Positions 47,639 to 54,670 of a stretch of DNA of 54,670 bases are shown one piece after another. The stretch lies in NCBI GenBank assembly GCA_964652755.1, contig CAZZBP010000004.1, forward strand, positions 1 through 54,670, given 5' to 3'. Numbering within the stretch: the stretch's first letter is position 1; the number at the start of each line of letters is the position of its first letter. Below the pieces are notes generated by a model, which did not search any database, was not told the origin of the DNA, and worked only from the letters and a program-made list of their open reading frames with translations. Position numbers and translations under genes: made by a program. Source of the stretch: an uncultured Dehalococcoidia bacterium (GTDB taxonomy: Bacteria; Chloroflexota; Dehalococcoidia; Lucifugimonadales; UBA826).

Positions 47639-48727
47639 TTGAATCTACAAAATACCCTCTTCTTTGTATTTTTCGTCACATTAGTAGTGATTGATTTAGG
47701 TTGCACCAATTCAGAAGATCCTCAAAAGCCTTTACCTCCAGCGCCTGCTTTAGCTCCGATAGAAACAATCTCTACAGTTAAGTCCCCAGTTCTGCCCGCT
47801 CCTGCAGCTCCGGCACTGCCAGCTCCTACAGTAACAATTCGTGTAGGAATTCCTGATAAAAACTCTACGATGAAGAAAAATTTAGTCGGTAAACATATTG
47901 AAAGAGTGAATGAACCACCAAAATTTTTCGCTGAGTTTCCGATTTCAATACCAGACAGGAGTGGCAAAGAGATTATATTTGACAAAGCCCCTGAACGTAT
48001 AATTGCATTCGACTCAGCTGCCATAGAAACTCTCTTCGCTATAGGTGAAGGTCACCGAGTCATTGGCACTCACGATTACGTTATCTACCCACCTGAGGCA
48101 AGTGAAGTCATTAAAGTAGGAGACGCCTTTAACATGGATGTAGAGGCCGTGCTTAATCTGGAACCTGACCTAGTTTACCTCTTCTATCCTACTTTCAAAG
48201 ATCAATTAGAAGATGCTGGGCTGAAGGTATTGTTAATCGAGACCATTGAAGATGATTTTAAGAAAATGGCAGATCATTTTCGAATGTGGGGTGCCATAAC
48301 TGGGGCAGTAAAGGCCGCTGAGACTATTGCGGAGGACTTTGAGGCCCGAGTAGAAATAATTGAAACTGCACTGGCACCCTTTGAATCAGGACCATCTGTG
48401 TTCCAAGACGTAGGTAATTTTTGGACGCCTGGTAACGATACTCTTGTAGGCAACGTATTTGAAGTACTCAAACTAGTTAACATTGCGTCCGAAGTCGAAG
48501 GTTACGCACAGATAAGCCCGGAGGTGATTATTGAACGGAATCCTCAATACATCATTTCATCCTATGGCGATATTTATAGTATTGATCCTGCATTTGCTGA
48601 AGTATTAGCTATAAAAAATCATGCTATCTTAGTCCCCAATGAGGATTATTTGAGCGTTTCCGGTCCTAGGTTCATATTAGGTGTGGAAGAAATAGCTCAG
48701 CTCATCTATCCAGGTATATTTAAGTAG
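47639..48727 (+). CDS. btuF: ABC transporter periplasmic-binding lipoprotein, BtuF/FecB class (cobalamin inferred from the riboswitch)
   Basis: 362 aa. Signal peptide plus lipobox 'VIDLGC', a Pro/Ala-rich linker, then the class III SBP pattern 'PERIIAFDSAAIETLFAIGEG.RVIGT' and 'LEPDLV'. TTG start with SD 'AGGAGA' 5 nt upstream. Confidence 0.7.
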   Translation: MNLQNTLFFVFFVTLVVIDLGCTNSEDPQKPLPPAPALAPIETISTVKSPVLPAPAAPALPAPTVTIRVGIPDKNSTMKKNLVGKHIERVNEPPKFFAEFPISIPDRSGKEIIFDKAPERIIAFDSAAIETLFAIGEGHRVIGTHDYVIYPPEASEVIKVGDAFNMDVEAVLNLEPDLVYLFYPTFKDQLEDAGLKVLLIETIEDDFKKMADHFRMWGAITGAVKAAETIAEDFEARVEIIETALAPFESGPSVFQDVGNFWTPGNDTLVGNVFEVLKLVNIASEVEGYAQISPEVIIERNPQYIISSYGDIYSIDPAFAEVLAIKNHAILVPNEDYLSVSGPRFILGVEEIAQLIYPGIFK

Positions 48728-48745
48728 TGGTTAGCACAAGTTAAA

Positions 48746-49819
48746 GTGCAGCAAAATATTGATAAGAAGTCTGAAAAAGCCTACGTAACGAATTTATCTT
48801 TTCCTTGGATAAGGACGGCCTTTTGTCTACTATCAGCTTTCCTTTGCTGTATCTTGGCCGCTTTAATTGGCTCTGTAACGATAGATCCTGATGCAGCTAT
48901 TGCTATTACTTTTTCACGTCTACCTTTTATAGAAATAACAAACGATTGGCCGGTCTCATGGAACATTATTTTATGGGAACTTCGATACCCTAGAATCGCA
49001 TTAGCTATGCTAGTTGGAGCAGCGCTATCAGTTTCGGGTGCCACCTATCAGGGTCTTTTTAGAAACCCATTAGCTGACCCTTATCTTATAGGAGTGGCCT
49101 CAGGGGCTGCACTAGGTGCAACGATTGTTTTCTTATCTGGTATCCCTTCCGTAATTGCTGGTGTAAGCATCCTACCTATTGCCGCTTTCATCGGCGGAAC
49201 CGGTGCCGTAACCGCAGCCTATACACTGGCAAGAAGGTCGACAGGTACACCCCTAACTACATTGATTCTTGCTGGAGTCGCCATAGGATCATTTACGACA
49301 GCAGTAGCTAGCATCCTAATGCTCCGTAGCGATCCAGATCTTAGACCGGTCCTTAGCTGGCTAATGGGTGGATTTATCCGTGCTCAATGGTCACAAAGTC
49401 TTTATCTTCTCCCCTATTTGATCCTTGGATTCACCGTAGTGTTCTCTTACAGCCGAATCTTAAACGCTATGCAACTGGAGGAAGAATATGCTTCCAGCGT
49501 TGGCGTTAATGTTGAAAAAACCAAGAAGATTTTGATTTTGACCGCTACTGTAATAACAGCAGCGGCTGTCTCATTCAGTGGGCTTATAGGATTTGTAGGG
49601 CTTGTAGCTCCGCACACCGCAAGGCTTCTCTGGGGAAGTGACTTTCGCAATTTAATACCAATGTCCGCACTTCTAGGAGGCTGTTTTCTTGTCTTGTCAG
49701 ATCTTATAGCTCGTACAATTGTTAGCCCTGGAGAATTACCTGTGGGTATTATCACATCGCTAGCTGGAGCCCCATTCTTTATATATTTACTTGTTAGAAA
49801 TGGATCAAATATCAAATAA
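48746..49819 (+). CDS. btuC: FecCD-family ABC permease (BtuC-like)
   Basis: 357 aa with about 9-10 TM helices. 'LRYPRIALAMLVGAALSVSGA.YQGLFRNPLADPYL.GV.SGA' is the FecCD signature region. Confidence 0.75.
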   Translation: MQQNIDKKSEKAYVTNLSFPWIRTAFCLLSAFLCCILAALIGSVTIDPDAAIAITFSRLPFIEITNDWPVSWNIILWELRYPRIALAMLVGAALSVSGATYQGLFRNPLADPYLIGVASGAALGATIVFLSGIPSVIAGVSILPIAAFIGGTGAVTAAYTLARRSTGTPLTTLILAGVAIGSFTTAVASILMLRSDPDLRPVLSWLMGGFIRAQWSQSLYLLPYLILGFTVVFSYSRILNAMQLEEEYASSVGVNVEKTKKILILTATVITAAAVSFSGLIGFVGLVAPHTARLLWGSDFRNLIPMSALLGGCFLVLSDLIARTIVSPGELPVGIITSLAGAPFFIYLLVRNGSNIK

Positions 49820-49820
49820 T

Positions 49821-50621
49821 ATGACCCCAGCAATCACATTGAAGAAATTAAGTTTCTCCTATAATGAGGTTTCCGTAATTTCCAATATCAATATTCAATT
49901 TAACGACCAGGAAATGGTTTCGATTGTCGGTCCCAATGGTGCCGGCAAAACTACATTGCTGAAATTAATTGGGGGTCTCTTGCCCCCTAGCCAAGGAACA
50001 ATAAGTGCCTTGGGGAAGAGGATGGAGACATTAAGTTCGAAAGACAAAGCCAGACTAATTTCCATAGTCCCTCAAAATCCGCGCTTACCCGAAAAGATGA
50101 AAGTAGTCGATTTCGTGTTGTTGGGACGAAACCCACATTTAGCTCTTATGGAATGGGAAGGGGAAAATGATCTGGATAAAGCCATTAGATCAATGGAACT
50201 AACGGAGACTTACACTCTAGCAGAGCGCGAATTAGGACAAATATCTGGAGGCGAGTTACAACGTGCAATGTTGGCCATGGCTATTACACAGAACTCTCCG
50301 ATAATGCTTCTGGACGAACCTACATCTAATTTGGACCTCTCACACCAAGGAAAGGTTATGGACTTGATAAAGAACAATCATAGTCAACGGGGTGGAGCTA
50401 CATTAATTGCAATACATGACCTGACACTAGCAGCCCAGTACGCCGATAGAATGATATTGATTTCGGAAGGTCGCATCTTTGCAGACGGAACCCCGGAAAT
50501 GGTTCTTACGGAATCCAATATAGAGGCGGCGTATGGCACCAAGGTAACCATCCTCCCTCATCCGAGCGGTGGCTCACCGGTAATACTCCCTGTTTCGGGA
50601 GAGTATCCTAAAACGGGATAG
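49821..50621 (+). CDS. btuD: ABC transporter ATP-binding protein (BtuD/FepC-like)
   Basis: Walker A 'GPNGAGKTT', signature 'ISGGELQR', Walker B 'MLLDEPTSNLD', H-loop 'IHD'. Start chosen at the ATG 1 nt after the permease stop. ATG at 49800 and TTG at 49791 are alternatives. Confidence 0.75.
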   Translation: MTPAITLKKLSFSYNEVSVISNINIQFNDQEMVSIVGPNGAGKTTLLKLIGGLLPPSQGTISALGKRMETLSSKDKARLISIVPQNPRLPEKMKVVDFVLLGRNPHLALMEWEGENDLDKAIRSMELTETYTLAERELGQISGGELQRAMLAMAITQNSPIMLLDEPTSNLDLSHQGKVMDLIKNNHSQRGGATLIAIHDLTLAAQYADRMILISEGRIFADGTPEMVLTESNIEAAYGTKVTILPHPSGGSPVILPVSGEYPKTG

Positions 50622-50624
50622 TTG

Positions 50625-51137
50625 TTATTCAAGATCACCTTGATTCTTGTACCTTTGAGCTTTTTCCTTGTAAATATCACAAAGTTCCTCTTGAAGGTCT
50701 ATATGTTTTTGCAGAGCTTCGCCTCTGATTCTGCCCGGGATACCCATAACTATAGACCGCCTGGGTATATCCATATTTTCAACTATCATCGAACCTGAAC
50801 CGATAATAGAGTTTTCACCTACTTTCACTCCATCGTTTAAAATCGCCCCATTACCAACAAGCACCCTATCTCCTATCTCAGCCGCGTGACACATAACTCG
50901 GTGGCCAATGACTACGTTGTCACCAATAACTACGTCAGCGTCTCCATGCACTACCGAATTATCCTGTACGTTAGAAAATTTTCCTATTTTGACCTTACCC
51001 ATATCTCCCCTTATTACCGTACCAGGCCATATACTGGAGCCTTCACCAATCTCAACGTCTCCCACGATATAGGCCATTTCGCTGACGAAAGCCGTGGGAT
51101 GCAAAACAGGTGTATTACCTTCAAAGCTCTTTATCAA
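50625..51137 (-). CDS. Gamma-class carbonic anhydrase-like / hexapeptide-repeat (LbH) protein
   Basis: 170 aa. 'P.....AFV...A.IVGDV.IGE.SSIWP..V.RGD...I.IG...NVQDNSV.H' is the typical YrdA/PaaY-like left-handed beta-helix pattern. Confidence 0.75.
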   Translation of the reverse strand: MIKSFEGNTPVLHPTAFVSEMAYIVGDVEIGEGSSIWPGTVIRGDMGKVKIGKFSNVQDNSVVHGDADVVIGDNVVIGHRVMCHAAEIGDRVLVGNGAILNDGVKVGENSIIGSGSMIVENMDIPRRSIVMGIPGRIRGEALQKHIDLQEELCDIYKEKAQRYKNQGDLE

Positions 51138-51276
51138 TTATTCCTCCATCACCTTGCGGTTGAATTTATTTCCAGATCATGGTCATTCAGCTATCTGTAC
51201 CATTAGCTATGCTATTCTAATACTTAAATGGATGACCTTTTGCATCAGAACATATGATGTTCTCTATTTTCTTGAC

Positions 51277-51879
51277 ATGGGAAAAATAACTCTGTTGCGA
51301 TTCTTATTTCCAAATAAGACGATAATATCGTCTATATTTTTGATAGTTTTCACTATTTCATTATCATGTACTGGTTCCGCTCCAACACCACAAAGCACTC
51401 CACTTCCCCTAGCCATTTCCGATAAAACATCACCCATTTCCTCACCGCCAATATTAAAAGATCTGGGAGCAACTCATTTAGATCCCGAACCTACTTCAAC
51501 ACCAGAACTTGAGGCGCTTTTCATATACAACCGTGCTGTTCGTTCACTTCGTATCGAGGAATACAATGACGCAATTAATTCGTTCACTCAAGTAATCCGA
51601 CGCATGCCTAATCTTGCTATAGCTTACAAGGGAAGAGGGGCCGCTTATTACCACGAAAATCGGCTGGAACTAGCTATTGGGGACCTGGAGAAGGCATTGG
51701 AACTAGATGTAGATCTAGGCGGTGCCCACATGTATTTGGGAATGATTCTCAGAGATCAAGGAAATTTAATTAAAGCGGAAGAAGAGCTGACCAAGGCTGT
51801 AAATTTTATACATCCAGTGAGAGAAAAATGGGAACTACTTGAGGCAGAACGAGCCCTTTCAGAACTTTATTTAAAATAA
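51277..51879 (+). CDS. TPR-repeat lipoprotein
   Basis: Start set at the ATG at 51277, giving 'MGKITLL...IFLIVFTISLSC' (signal peptide plus lipobox). The C-terminal half has TPR units 'Y..A...F..VI...P.LA.AY..RG.AY......ELAI.DLEKALELD'. The upstream tracked extension overlaps the convergent gene's promoter region. Confidence 0.6.
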   Translation: MGKITLLRFLFPNKTIISSIFLIVFTISLSCTGSAPTPQSTPLPLAISDKTSPISSPPILKDLGATHLDPEPTSTPELEALFIYNRAVRSLRIEEYNDAINSFTQVIRRMPNLAIAYKGRGAAYYHENRLELAIGDLEKALELDVDLGGAHMYLGMILRDQGNLIKAEEELTKAVNFIHPVREKWELLEAERALSELYLK

Positions 51880-51889
51880 TGATGATTCG

Positions 51890-52339
51890 TCACACATCAA
51901 ACAACCCAAGTATGGGTGCGCCGTCGAGTATGGACTCTCCTGGAACCACAAGAATTGATCCAACTTTACCCCCTATATCTGAACGAAGTACCTGTCTCAT
52001 TTTCATAGACTCCAATAAACAAACATCATCCCCAGGAGACACATAATCTCCGATCTCTACTGAGATAGACAATACCGTGCCAGGCATTGGTGACTCGACC
52101 AGTCTTAGCGGCTTACTTGAAATTCCATTGGGCTTCTCATTTCTATCTGTTTCTGAATCGCGGGAATCTTCCATTGGTTGTTCGACGTAAGCCATTTGGC
52201 TCTGAACCTCGGGTTTATCGTGCAAAATGATCTCGAACTCTTTCCCGTTGACTTTCACTTTAACAGGATCCGTGTTGATATCGTCAATTTCTACCCTATA
52301 CCACCTTGGTCCCACTCTAACTTTCAAGATTTCCGACAT
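51890..52339 (-). CDS. Biotin carboxyl carrier subunit of a Na+-translocating decarboxylase (GcdC/MmdC/OadA-C-like)
   Basis: 149 aa. C-terminal biotinyl domain 'PMPGTVLSI.V..GD.V..GD.V..LESMKM' carries the (E)xMKM biotinylation motif. The ATG lies 1 nt after the oadB stop. Confidence 0.7.
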   Translation of the reverse strand: MSEILKVRVGPRWYRVEIDDINTDPVKVKVNGKEFEIILHDKPEVQSQMAYVEQPMEDSRDSETDRNEKPNGISSKPLRLVESPMPGTVLSISVEIGDYVSPGDDVCLLESMKMRQVLRSDIGGKVGSILVVPGESILDGAPILGLFDV

Positions 52340-52340
52340 A

Positions 52341-53498
52341 TCAATTGACCAAGGATATGAATACGCCGGCGATTACGGCGGAACCTATGACGCCGGCAAC
52401 GTTTGGACCCATAGCATGGGGAAGAAGAAATGTTTTAGGATTGGCTTCTTGGCCAACATGATGCGATATCCGTGCAGCCATAGGAACCGCTGAAACACCT
52501 GCTGAACCAATAAGTGGGTTAATTTTCTCCTTAAGAAACAAATTCATTAACCTTGCAAACAATAGCCCTCCAACAGTGCCACACGAAAATGCCACTAGTC
52601 CGAGGCCAAGTATAACTATGGTTTCGAGGTCGAATACTCTTTCAGCAGTTAGTTGTGTTCCCACCGTAAGCATCAAGAAAATTGTAGCGATGTTCAAAAT
52701 CTCATTTGAAGCGGCACTGGTAAGTCTGGGAACAACTCCACTTTCTCTAAACAGATTACCGATCATGAACATGGCTATGAGGGGAGCAGATTTCGGAACG
52801 ATAAGAATAATGGCAATGAGCGCCACATTCGGAAACACTAGTTTCTCCAATTTTGAAACCGCTCTTGGAGGCTTCATTTCAATCTGCCTCTCCTTGGCCG
52901 TCGTGAATAGTTTCATTAAAGGGGGTTGAATAAAAGCGACAGCTGCCATGTACGAATAAGCGATCACAGCAGTGACACCTAATATATCTGGAGCAAGCCT
53001 GGCTGAAAGAAATATAGTGGTGGGACCATCAGCTCCACCTATGATTCCAATTGAGGCCGCTTCTTTAATTCCAAAACCCAGTCCTAAATATCCTGCGAAA
53101 AGCGCTCCCCAAAACGCAATGAAGATTCCAACCTGCGCCGCCGCTCCTAGGATAAGGGTCTTTGGGTTGGCAATTACAGGACCGAAATCTGTAAGTGCCC
53201 CTATCCCTAGAAATATGATGGGAGGAAGAATATTCCAGAAAGATAGTCCATAGTGGAATAGAACACCGAAGATGCCGGCTTCCTGAAATCCGGCCGATTG
53301 TGAAGGTAACGTAATAAGTCCAGTCAAAGGAAGATTGGCAGCAACGATCCCAAGTCCAATAGGCAATAACTCATAGGGCTCCCATTCATTCCTTATAGCT
53401 AGGTAAATAAACACCAAGCCAACCAAGATCATAATCCCGTTACGCCAATCGAGATTGGCTAGGCCTGTAGTAGCGATAAAATCTAGCAATTCTTGCAT
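52341..53498 (-). CDS. oadB: Sodium-ion-translocating decarboxylase beta subunit (OadB/MmdB/GcdB family)
   Basis: 385 aa polytopic protein. 'LVGLVFIYLAI....EPYELLPIG.GI..ANLP', 'IGIIGGADGPT' and 'MGPNVAG' are characteristic of OadB-family proteins. Confidence 0.85.
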   Translation of the reverse strand: MQELLDFIATTGLANLDWRNGIMILVGLVFIYLAIRNEWEPYELLPIGLGIVAANLPLTGLITLPSQSAGFQEAGIFGVLFHYGLSFWNILPPIIFLGIGALTDFGPVIANPKTLILGAAAQVGIFIAFWGALFAGYLGLGFGIKEAASIGIIGGADGPTTIFLSARLAPDILGVTAVIAYSYMAAVAFIQPPLMKLFTTAKERQIEMKPPRAVSKLEKLVFPNVALIAIILIVPKSAPLIAMFMIGNLFRESGVVPRLTSAASNEILNIATIFLMLTVGTQLTAERVFDLETIVILGLGLVAFSCGTVGGLLFARLMNLFLKEKINPLIGSAGVSAVPMAARISHHVGQEANPKTFLLPHAMGPNVAGVIGSAVIAGVFISLVN

Positions 53499-53551
53499 AA
53501 GGGCTCTAAACCGGGCGGATGGGCGAATAAGTCATTTTAATTACCTGAAGA

Positions 53552-53767
53552 TTACTCAGTAGCTTTCGCTTTAAGAATAGAAACAGCCACGGCGGCGGCG
53601 GTGGCCCGCCTTATATTTTCCTCATTCTCATCAAAAGTGTTCGGATGAGAAACTCGATCTATCCTATTAGCAATAACTTTTGTTACGACAATTGAGGAAA
53701 TCAGCACTAAAAGAAGACCAAACGCGGTCCCCATTCCAATCGCCGTGAGATATGCAGCCTGAATCAA
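53552..53767 (-). CDS. OadG-like small membrane subunit of a Na+-translocating decarboxylase
   Basis: 71 aa. Single N-terminal TM 'LTAIGMGTAFGLLLVLISSIV' followed by a polar tail. Position directly upstream of oadB matches OadG/MmdD/GcdD architecture. Confidence 0.55.
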   Translation of the reverse strand: MIQAAYLTAIGMGTAFGLLLVLISSIVVTKVIANRIDRVSHPNTFDENEENIRRATAAAVAVSILKAKATE

Positions 53768-53896
53768 AGTCGCAGAATCGATGTCTAAAATATCCTTTGT
53801 AGTAGGATTGAATGACTATGGAATTTTACACCATCTTTGTATTCATGAACGATGGTTAAGTCTGTGGATAACAAATAAGGCAAATATTAAAGAAAA

Positions 53897-54439
53897 ATGT
53901 TACAAAATGCAGTGAGAGCAGCATTGCTTGACTTCGAAGTCTACAAAGAGTTTCGAGACAGAGCCGAACTAGTTCTCCATTCGGTAGGAACTGTTTCAGT
54001 CACTGGAGTTACCCTTGCCGTGGCATTGAGATACACCTCTCCTAGCACGGGAGACGGGTTTCAAAACCTTCAGATGGTAATGGTCGCATTCAGTACTGTC
54101 TTGGTAGGATGGATGATTTGGGCATTCGTAGCCAAGGCCTTATGCAACCTTTGGGGTAGTGAAGCACAATTCAGAGACACCATGCGGGCCACAGGAATAT
54201 CTTATGGCCCCGGAATTTTAATCCTATTAACTACAATTCCTAAGATAGGTCCCGTTGTCTTGTTTATTGTGTGGGTGTGGATTCTGATCTCAGTCACTCG
54301 AGCAATCGAGGTCACTCATAATGTTAGTCTCTTAAAGGCCGCGGTGCCCGGATTCATAGGATGGTTCCTAGCATGGATACTTCTTCCAGTACTGATGCTA
54401 GGCAGTTTTTTCTTTACTTCTACCGAATTAGGTTCCTGA
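53897..54439 (+). CDS. Yip1-domain-like integral membrane protein
   Basis: 180 aa. A soluble N-terminal ~25 aa is followed by 4-5 TM helices. The topology and N-terminal 'A.L....VY.E' resemble Yip1/DUF1282-type proteins. Assignment is weak. Confidence 0.4.
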   Translation: MLQNAVRAALLDFEVYKEFRDRAELVLHSVGTVSVTGVTLAVALRYTSPSTGDGFQNLQMVMVAFSTVLVGWMIWAFVAKALCNLWGSEAQFRDTMRATGISYGPGILILLTTIPKIGPVVLFIVWVWILISVTRAIEVTHNVSLLKAAVPGFIGWFLAWILLPVLMLGSFFFTSTELGS

Positions 54440-54670
54440 TATATATGAGTTAACTTTATCCCAACGACTTTGTAGCAACCTTTTCATATTATTAAAGATT
54501 ACTTCTTCCACCTCTCGGACATCTCTACTTTTGAGTTCAGCTATCTTCTCAATGATCGGCCGAAGGTGTCTTGGTTCTGTCAAGTTCTCTCTATTTTTAT
54601 TGAATGGATCGGGAAAGGCGTCAGTATCTATTACGATACATTAAAAGGGGACTATTTCTACAACCAACCT
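54428..54670 (-). pseudogene. TatD-like metal-dependent hydrolase C-terminus (partial at window edge) with an in-frame TAA
   Basis: The minus-strand frame reads 'RLVVEIVPF*CIVIDTDAFPDPFNKNRENLTEPRHLRPIIEKIAELKSRDVREVEEVIFNNMKRLL'. This resembles the TatD C-terminal region (ETDAP...N.P..L......A.L.g....EV...T..N..RLF). The TAA is at 54641-54643. The 3' end overlaps the convergent Yip1-like gene by 12 nt. Confidence 0.35.

Noticed and set aside
51094-51276. Upstream extension of the TPR protein ORF
   Set aside because: It overlaps the 5' end of the divergent gamma-CA-like gene (minus strand, ATG at 51137) and the divergent promoter region between the two genes. The ATG at 51277 yields a signal peptide with a lipobox.
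1-54670. Search for CRISPR arrays, transposases or integrases, IS inverted repeats, prophage or defence-system genes, toxin-antitoxin pairs
   Set aside because: None seen. There are no spaced direct-repeat arrays and no recombinase, transposase or nuclease-NTPase modules. The tRNA-Pro gene shows no adjacent integrase or duplicated attachment-like 3' fragment.

Overview
This is a 54.7 kb, gene-dense chromosomal segment of about 45% GC. I see no transposases, integrases, CRISPR arrays or rRNA. All family calls come from motif recognition by eye, with no database search.

Gene content points to a marine Chloroflexota genome of the SAR202 type:
- a giant DUF2298 ('Chlor_Arch_YYY') membrane protein carrying the NYYYWG motif
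- three luciferase-like (LLM) flavin/F420 oxidoreductase paralogues
- a tandem pair of family III CoA-transferases
- a form II CoxL-like molybdoenzyme
- many hydrolases

Housekeeping anchors are rpoB-rpoC (39227-47231), tRNA-Pro(UGG), dinB, uppP and lhgO.

The most interesting signal is a two-domain rhodanese gene on the minus strand. Its ORF is cut by a TGA exactly at the catalytic-cysteine codon (19625-19627). The conserved C-terminus continues in frame for 41 more codons, and a SECIS-like extended hairpin begins right after the TGA. It is therefore a candidate selenocysteine sulfurtransferase. It sits in a co-directional cluster with an arylsulfotransferase-like protein, a ThuA-like protein, an LLM oxidoreductase and two CE7 esterase paralogues. 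One of those esterases has an Asp in place of the nucleophile Ser.

Other notable items:
- a cobalamin riboswitch with its own terminator in front of a btuFCD-like transporter
- a larB gene with no canonical start codon for its conserved N-terminus
- a decayed gene remnant at 31537-32201
- an oadG-oadB-BCCP membrane module with no carboxyltransferase gene nearby
- an orphan form II coxL followed by a MoxR ATPase
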